59,243 nt of DNA from Phycisphaerae bacterium (GTDB lineage Bacteria; Planctomycetota; Phycisphaerae; UBA1845). The notes below the pieces were generated by a model. It was not told the origin of the DNA, ran no database searches, and saw only the letters and a program-made list of their open reading frames with translations. The position numbers were made by a program, and so were the translations under genes. The stretch's first letter is position 1; each line of letters opens with the position of its first letter. Location of the stretch: the NCBI GenBank assembly GCA_029260235.1, contig JAJDDP010000112.1, positions 1 through 59,243 of the forward strand, in the 5' to 3' direction. This document shows positions 54,181-59,243 of the stretch, piece after piece.

Positions 54181-56229
54181 ATGATGGAACGACTTGGTGG
54201 GTTGACCGTAGCCTTGTTGGCTGTGGCTGCGTTGGCGATGGGGCCGACGGAGGTTCGGGCCGATGATGATTTGGTGGGGCGGATTGCGCGGGCTGGTGAT
54301 GCCAAGGACTATCCCGGCGCTGATATGGTGGTGGTTCTTGATCGGTCGGTTGTTCAAATTGCTGCCGATGGGTTGGCGACCACCAACCGGATTCGATTGC
54401 TCAAGATTTTGACCGACGGCGGCGTTCGTGAGCAGTCGGTACAGCAGTTCGATTTCGATCCGTTGACCAATCGTTTTCAAGTGAAGGCGATTCGTATCCA
54501 CCGGGCTGAGGGTGGTGTCGATTCGGTAGACTTGAAATACTTGCAGACCGCGCCCTCACCAGCGGGCACCATTTTCTGGGGCGGGATGTTTCAGACGGTT
54601 TCCTTGCCGCGGCTGGAGGTGAACGATTGCGTTGAACTGGTCACCACCAAGACCGGGTTCAACTTGGCCTATCTCGACAAATCAGCCCCCGGACCCGTCG
54701 TTGGCGCTGCGACGCTCGAGCCGCCCATGGCAGGCCACTGGCACGACACGGTTTATTTCCAAGAGTCATACCCCATCATCGAGAAGGCGTACATCGTGCG
54801 AGCGCCGAGGGAGAAACCCATCCAATACGAGGTGTGCCACGGGCAGATTCAGGCGTCGGTGCAGTTCAAGGGCCAGATGACGGAGTATTCGTTCGTAGCC
54901 AAGGATGCCGGCATCGTTCCAGGCGAGCCGCGTGCGTTGGCCTTTGGAGACAAAGCCTGCAAGCTGGTACTGACCACCGTCGAGGATTGGATCGCCAAGT
55001 CGAAGTGGTTCCATGATGCCAACGTCGGGCAGTTCGAGTCAACGCCGGAGATCAAAGCCAAGGTGGACGAGATCATCGCAGGCATCGAGGACGACACCGA
55101 AAAGATGCGGGCGATTAACTGCTGGGTGGCCGACAATATCCGCTATGTCGGAACGACGCGCGGGCCTTGCGAGGGGTATACCATGCACTCGGGCGTCGAG
55201 ACCTTCCGGGATCGCGGCGGCGTCTGCAAGGACAAGGCCGGCATGGCTGTGACCATGCTAAGGGCAGCCGGTTTCGATTCGTTTCCGGTGATGACCCAGG
55301 CTGGCTCGGAGGTAGAGGCTACCCCGGCGGATCAGTTCAATCATGCCGTTACCACCGTTCGCAATGCCGATGGCTCGCTGCTGCTGCTGGATCCGACTTG
55401 GGCGCCCAAAAGCCGCGAGCTGTGGTCATCCCGCGAATGTTTGCAGCACGTCATATTCGGCATACCCGAGGGCCACGAGTTGGCGCGGTCTCCCTACTTC
55501 CCCCCGGAGCACAATAAAATTGAATGTGAATCGAGAGGCCTCATCGATCAGGAAGGCCGACTGGAAATCCACCTGAATTACGAGTTGGCCAATTATCCAG
55601 ACACCAATTTTCGTCGAGGCGTGACCCGGGCGCGCAAACCTGATCAGCGGGCGCTGGTGGAAAGCTGGCTGGCCCCCTTGGGTGGGCGGTACACCATGAC
55701 CAAATTGAAGCATTCAAATCCCACCGACTACCAGCAGAACTCCAAGATCGATGCGTCGGTTCAGGTCGATGCCTATGTTCTGGGGACCGGGCCTATGAGG
55801 ATGTTCCGCCTGCCACTGCTTCAGCATCCCTTCGGGCAAGTGTTCATGGCTGATGTGTTGCAGGAGGTGCCCAAGAACGAGGATCGCCAGTTCGGCATGA
55901 AGATGCGCACCACTCGGCTGCTGAACTACAGCGACACGCTTGATTTGCCTCGCGGTTGGGTTGTCGAGCAGGTACCCGAAAATGTTGAAATCGATAATGA
56001 TGCCGCCCGTTTGGTCTTCAAGACTGAAACCCGTGACAACGCACTGCACTACGAACTGGAAGTTGCTGTTAAGCAACACATCATTCTGGCTGACAACTAT
56101 CAGGATTACTACGAGGTCAACAAGAAACTGCTCGAGTTGAGGGATGCGTGGATCATGTGTAAGCCCGGTGAGAGCCAAAGCACGCCCGTGGCTGATGCCC
56201 ATGCCTCGGCAGAGGAGGTGACCCGATGA
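54181..56229 (+). CDS. Secreted DUF3857 + transglutaminase-like cysteine-protease-fold protein.
   Basis: Signal peptide LGGLTVALLAVAALAMGPTEVRAD. Transglutaminase core GGVCKDKAGMAVTMLRAAGF with downstream His/Asp. N-terminal DUF3857-like beta domain. GGGAGA RBS. Confidence 0.7.
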   Translation: MMERLGGLTVALLAVAALAMGPTEVRADDDLVGRIARAGDAKDYPGADMVVVLDRSVVQIAADGLATTNRIRLLKILTDGGVREQSVQQFDFDPLTNRFQVKAIRIHRAEGGVDSVDLKYLQTAPSPAGTIFWGGMFQTVSLPRLEVNDCVELVTTKTGFNLAYLDKSAPGPVVGAATLEPPMAGHWHDTVYFQESYPIIEKAYIVRAPREKPIQYEVCHGQIQASVQFKGQMTEYSFVAKDAGIVPGEPRALAFGDKACKLVLTTVEDWIAKSKWFHDANVGQFESTPEIKAKVDEIIAGIEDDTEKMRAINCWVADNIRYVGTTRGPCEGYTMHSGVETFRDRGGVCKDKAGMAVTMLRAAGFDSFPVMTQAGSEVEATPADQFNHAVTTVRNADGSLLLLDPTWAPKSRELWSSRECLQHVIFGIPEGHELARSPYFPPEHNKIECESRGLIDQEGRLEIHLNYELANYPDTNFRRGVTRARKPDQRALVESWLAPLGGRYTMTKLKHSNPTDYQQNSKIDASVQVDAYVLGTGPMRMFRLPLLQHPFGQVFMADVLQEVPKNEDRQFGMKMRTTRLLNYSDTLDLPRGWVVEQVPENVEIDNDAARLVFKTETRDNALHYELEVAVKQHIILADNYQDYYEVNKKLLELRDAWIMCKPGESQSTPVADAHASAEEVTR

Positions 56230-58133
56230 GAGGTTCAACCGTGGGGGAAGGCATGTTTCACAATCTAAAGCGGGGCGTCTTCGCCTTGGCTTTGTTGGTT
56301 GTGCCTGCGCTGGCATTGGGGCAAGAGTTGCCCAACGTCGGTCAGGCAGAATACCCCAATGACGATGCCGTGATCCTCCGTTGGAAGCAGGTTTGGACTC
56401 TGGAGGAAGATGGCAGACAAGTCTATGAGGATCACCGCTTCGTCAAGCTGCTCAATGATCGATCTTGGCGTCGCTACGCGGACCCACGCATCGATTTCCT
56501 GGATGGAGCAGAATCGGTCGAGATTCTCGCAGCCCGAGCGCACCTGCCCGACGGCAGCGTATTGAACATTCCCGCATACTCGTTCAACACGGTTTCACCG
56601 CGCGGGGTCTTCCGTTGGCCTGCCTTCTCTGGTTGGCGGCAATTGGTTTGCACTTTTAGTGGGGTGCAGAACGAGGCTGTCCTCGAACTGCACTACAAGC
56701 GCACCAGCCAACCCCGCACGCGGCGATGGCTGTCGGCAGACTTGCGGATCGGCGATGTCGATCCGGTTGTAGAACGCGTTGTCGAGGTCAATTTGCCTTC
56801 TAGTGCCAAGCCATTGCACCACAAACTCACCTTGGCTAAGTCGAACTTCGAGCAAATGAGCGAAGGTAACCAGGCTCGCTATCGCTGGGTGTTCAATGAG
56901 ACCGCTGCAGATCCAGACCAAACCGCTTGCCCCCCTTGGAGGCAGCGCTGCGGTCGGTTGGTGTTTAGCGACTGTGCGTCGAGTGCAGAATGGGCCGGCG
57001 AAATTCTGCGCGAAGTCGATTCAGCCGGTGAGCCAAGCAAGCACCTGCGGAAATTCGCCAAGAAGGCGACCGAGGGTGAAGTCGGTGAGATCGGTCGCAT
57101 TCGAGCGATCGCCGCCAAGTTCAAGACGACATTCAATTTTGTAAATGATGCGCGCACTTGGGTGGGGCGCAGCACGCGATCAGCAGATGAGGTTTTTGAC
57201 AGTTGCTACGGTTCTCCGCTTGAGAGTGCAGGCCTGCTGCTTGGATTGTTGCGGTCCGCCGGAATCGATGCTCATCCTTGTGTTGCGGTAGATCGTTCCC
57301 TTTTTTCCAAAGACATCGCCAATGAAGCTGACTTGGTGGCCGTGGTGATTGAAGTGGCTGCGCTTGCGGGGCCAATTCGGCTCGATCCTGCCTCGGGCAT
57401 CATCAACCCCAACGGTCCATGGCGGGACCGTGATCTCATCTTAGAAGAGGGCGGAAAACTGCGGCGCGTTTCTCTGGCTATGTCAACCGCCGAGCCTGAT
57501 TCGGTGCGGATTGACGGTCGTCTCGAAGTGGATGAAGAAGGCAAGAGCCTCTCGGGACAGCTAACCATTGAATTGGCCAACCTGTTCGTCAATCCCGAGG
57601 CGCTGCGGGATGAAGCCAGCCGCAAGAAGCGGTTGGAGTCGATTGTTTCGCAACTCATGCCGCACTTGAAGGTCACTAATTTCTCGGTATCGCAGTTCTC
57701 GCCGAGCCGCATGGTCGCGTCGGTCTCGATTGAATCATCCAAACCATTGAAGGACGTGTACGGCAAGAAGATGTTTGAGATCAGCCTGAATTCTCCCGCG
57801 CTGGCCAAGGCCCAGCTGCCGATCAATATCCCGGCGCGGCGAACGGCGATTCAATTGCCAGGCGTGCTGAGAGAAGACATCCGTTTAACCATCGAGTTGC
57901 CCAAAGGCTGGTCGCCCGCCATCGTGCCCACGGCGTTCGACTCCGGGCAGCAGGCCTGGGGGGCGTGCCAGCTGAACGTCGAAGTCGCCGACGGCAGCGT
58001 GCAGTTCAACCGGAGCACCCGATTCGATACCCGTCAAATCGCAGCCGAAGATTTTTCCTCAGTTCGCCAGGCAGTCCGCACACTCCAAGATCATGGCGGC
58101 CGGACGTTCCTGATCGAGAAGGTTGACCGGTAG
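56226..58133 (+). CDS. Secreted DUF3857/transglutaminase-like paralog, translationally coupled (ATGA) to the preceding gene.
   Basis: Signal peptide VFALALLVVPALALGQ. Transglutaminase-like segment DSCYGSPLESAGLLLGLLRSAGIDAHP. Domain order parallels the upstream gene. Confidence 0.65.
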   Translation: MRGSTVGEGMFHNLKRGVFALALLVVPALALGQELPNVGQAEYPNDDAVILRWKQVWTLEEDGRQVYEDHRFVKLLNDRSWRRYADPRIDFLDGAESVEILAARAHLPDGSVLNIPAYSFNTVSPRGVFRWPAFSGWRQLVCTFSGVQNEAVLELHYKRTSQPRTRRWLSADLRIGDVDPVVERVVEVNLPSSAKPLHHKLTLAKSNFEQMSEGNQARYRWVFNETAADPDQTACPPWRQRCGRLVFSDCASSAEWAGEILREVDSAGEPSKHLRKFAKKATEGEVGEIGRIRAIAAKFKTTFNFVNDARTWVGRSTRSADEVFDSCYGSPLESAGLLLGLLRSAGIDAHPCVAVDRSLFSKDIANEADLVAVVIEVAALAGPIRLDPASGIINPNGPWRDRDLILEEGGKLRRVSLAMSTAEPDSVRIDGRLEVDEEGKSLSGQLTIELANLFVNPEALRDEASRKKRLESIVSQLMPHLKVTNFSVSQFSPSRMVASVSIESSKPLKDVYGKKMFEISLNSPALAKAQLPINIPARRTAIQLPGVLREDIRLTIELPKGWSPAIVPTAFDSGQQAWGACQLNVEVADGSVQFNRSTRFDTRQIAAEDFSSVRQAVRTLQDHGGRTFLIEKVDR

Positions 58134-58229
58134 TCGATCGGCCACAGCGCTGTTTGAGACCTCTTCAAATTGCGTTAGGATACACAGCCGAATTGAACGA
58201 ATCGAACCATAAGGAGTGTCCTTGCGCCC

Positions 58230-59243
58230 ATGCCATCGGTTTTTGAAACGCTTAGCGAACGAGGCTTCATAGAGCAGGCGACCGACCCCGAGTTGGGTAA
58301 CCTCCTAGCCAAGAAGAAGCTTACGCTGTACGCCGGCTTTGACCCCTCAGCCTCGTCTCTGCATATTGGCCACTTGGTGCCCATCATGGGCTTGGCCCAT
58401 TTTCAGCGGGCGGGCCATACACCGCTGCTCCTGGTGGGTGGGGCCACCGGCATGATCGGCGATCCCAGCGGAAAGTCTGAAGAGCGCAATTTGCTGACGT
58501 CCGAGCGCGTCCAACAACACAGCGACGCCCTGGCTAAGCAGATGACACGCTTTGTCAGCTTCGAGGGCGACAACGCTGCGCGCATGCTCAACAACGCCGA
58601 CTGGATCGGGGAATTCAGCTATCTCGAGTGGCTTCGCGACGTGGGCAAGTATTTCACGGTCAACATGATGTTGGCCAAGGAGTCGGTCAAACGCCGTGTC
58701 GAGAGCGAGCAGGGCATCAGCTACACAGAGTTTAGCTACATGCTCTTGCAGGCCTATGACTTTCTGCACTTGTTCCGTGAGTCCGAATGCGTCTTGCAGG
58801 TTGGCGGGTCGGATCAGTGGGGTAACATCACCGCCGGTGTGGACCTGATCCGCCGGGTGTGCAGCCAGCAGGCCTTTGGTATGACCTTCACCTTGATCAA
58901 GTCAGCCGGCGGCGAGAAGTTCGGCAAGACCGCAGCCGGTGCGGTGTGGCTGGACGCGGAGAAGACCAGCGTTTGGGATTTCTATCAGTATTGGATCCGC
59001 GTCGATGATCGCGACGTGATCCCCTACTTGAAACTGTTTACCTTCTTGCCAATGGATCGAATCACTGAGTTGGAGCAAGAAGTAGCTGACCAGCCAGGCC
59101 GGCGCACTGCGCAGAAAATCCTGGCATTTGAAGCAACCACCATCGTGCACGGGGCTGAGCAAGCAAAGGCCATGGAGCAAGGTGCCAAGATGCTCTACGG
59201 ACAGGAGCTCAAGGATCTCTCCGACGATCAGCTCCAGGTGCTC
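58230..59243 (+). CDS. tyrS: Tyrosine--tRNA ligase (TyrS), 3'-partial (runs off the window end).
   Basis: HIGH motif LHIGHLVPI. KMSKS-equivalent KFGKT. GGATGMIGDPSGKSEERNLL. AAGGAG RBS upstream. The frame is open to the last base (338 codons). Confidence 0.9.
   Translation, partial: MPSVFETLSERGFIEQATDPELGNLLAKKKLTLYAGFDPSASSLHIGHLVPIMGLAHFQRAGHTPLLLVGGATGMIGDPSGKSEERNLLTSERVQQHSDALAKQMTRFVSFEGDNAARMLNNADWIGEFSYLEWLRDVGKYFTVNMMLAKESVKRRVESEQGISYTEFSYMLLQAYDFLHLFRESECVLQVGGSDQWGNITAGVDLIRRVCSQQAFGMTFTLIKSAGGEKFGKTAAGAVWLDAEKTSVWDFYQYWIRVDDRDVIPYLKLFTFLPMDRITELEQEVADQPGRRTAQKILAFEATTIVHGAEQAKAMEQGAKMLYGQELKDLSDDQLQVL

Noticed and set aside
55714-56316. 200-aa minus-strand ORF across the junction of the two transglutaminase-like genes
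   Set aside because: It overlaps two well-supported plus-strand genes and has no domain features.
1-59243. Search for tRNA/rRNA genes, CRISPR arrays, and transposase/integrase/IS signatures
   Set aside because: No T-loop (GTTCRANYC) contexts occur outside CDSs. There are no spaced direct-repeat arrays; the only tandem DNA repeats are the in-gene 57/48-nt array and the 11-bp triplet. No transposase, integrase or recombinase-like ORFs and no terminal inverted repeats were seen.

Overview
The window is 59.2 kb of high-GC bacterial DNA. Its gene content points to Planctomycetota: a DUF1559 prepilin-like protein, giant FG-GAP/integrin-like secreted proteins, many lipoproteins, ECF sigma modules and eukaryote-like sugar enzymes. 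Coding density is high (about 47 CDSs, both strands), with no rRNA, tRNA, CRISPR array or obvious mobile element.

Recognisable housekeeping genes include trkA-trkH, purE, yigZ, cysC, cysK, an nnr-type NAD(P)HX epimerase and a 3'-partial tyrS. There is also a mycobacterial-style adaptive-response pair (an Ada-AraC-AlkA fusion translationally coupled to ogt), a MOP-type molybdo-iron-sulfur aldehyde oxidoreductase, and a flotillin/NfeD pair.

The most unusual locus is at 25.3-32.0 kb. A Dol-P-Man-synthase-like GT2 gene is coupled to a DUF2304 membrane gene. It lies divergent from an operon encoding a TMTC/PMT-like GT-C membrane domain fused to TPR repeats, a membrane-anchored GT2 with no canonical start codon, and a large polytopic membrane protein. 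Together this is a candidate polyprenyl-phosphate-sugar dependent protein O-glycosylation system of eukaryotic TMTC type.

Other notable items:
- a cysK-like gene next to a Mec+-type JAMM deconjugase, with no cysO in the locus;
- a eukaryote-type UAP1 UDP-sugar pyrophosphorylase beside a UDP-sugar dehydrogenase;
- a translationally coupled pair of DUF3857/transglutaminase-like secreted proteins;
- Cys/Asp-rich calcium-binding-like tandem repeats with an alternating 19/16-residue period;
- an 11-bp tandem repeat that places TAG in all three frames at the cysC stop;
- a 1.3 kb stretch with weak coding signal that carries a CxxxCxxC motif.

Coordinates for internal start choices were derived from the ORF track in multiples of 3. 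Finer motif coordinates read by eye may be off by 1-2 nt.
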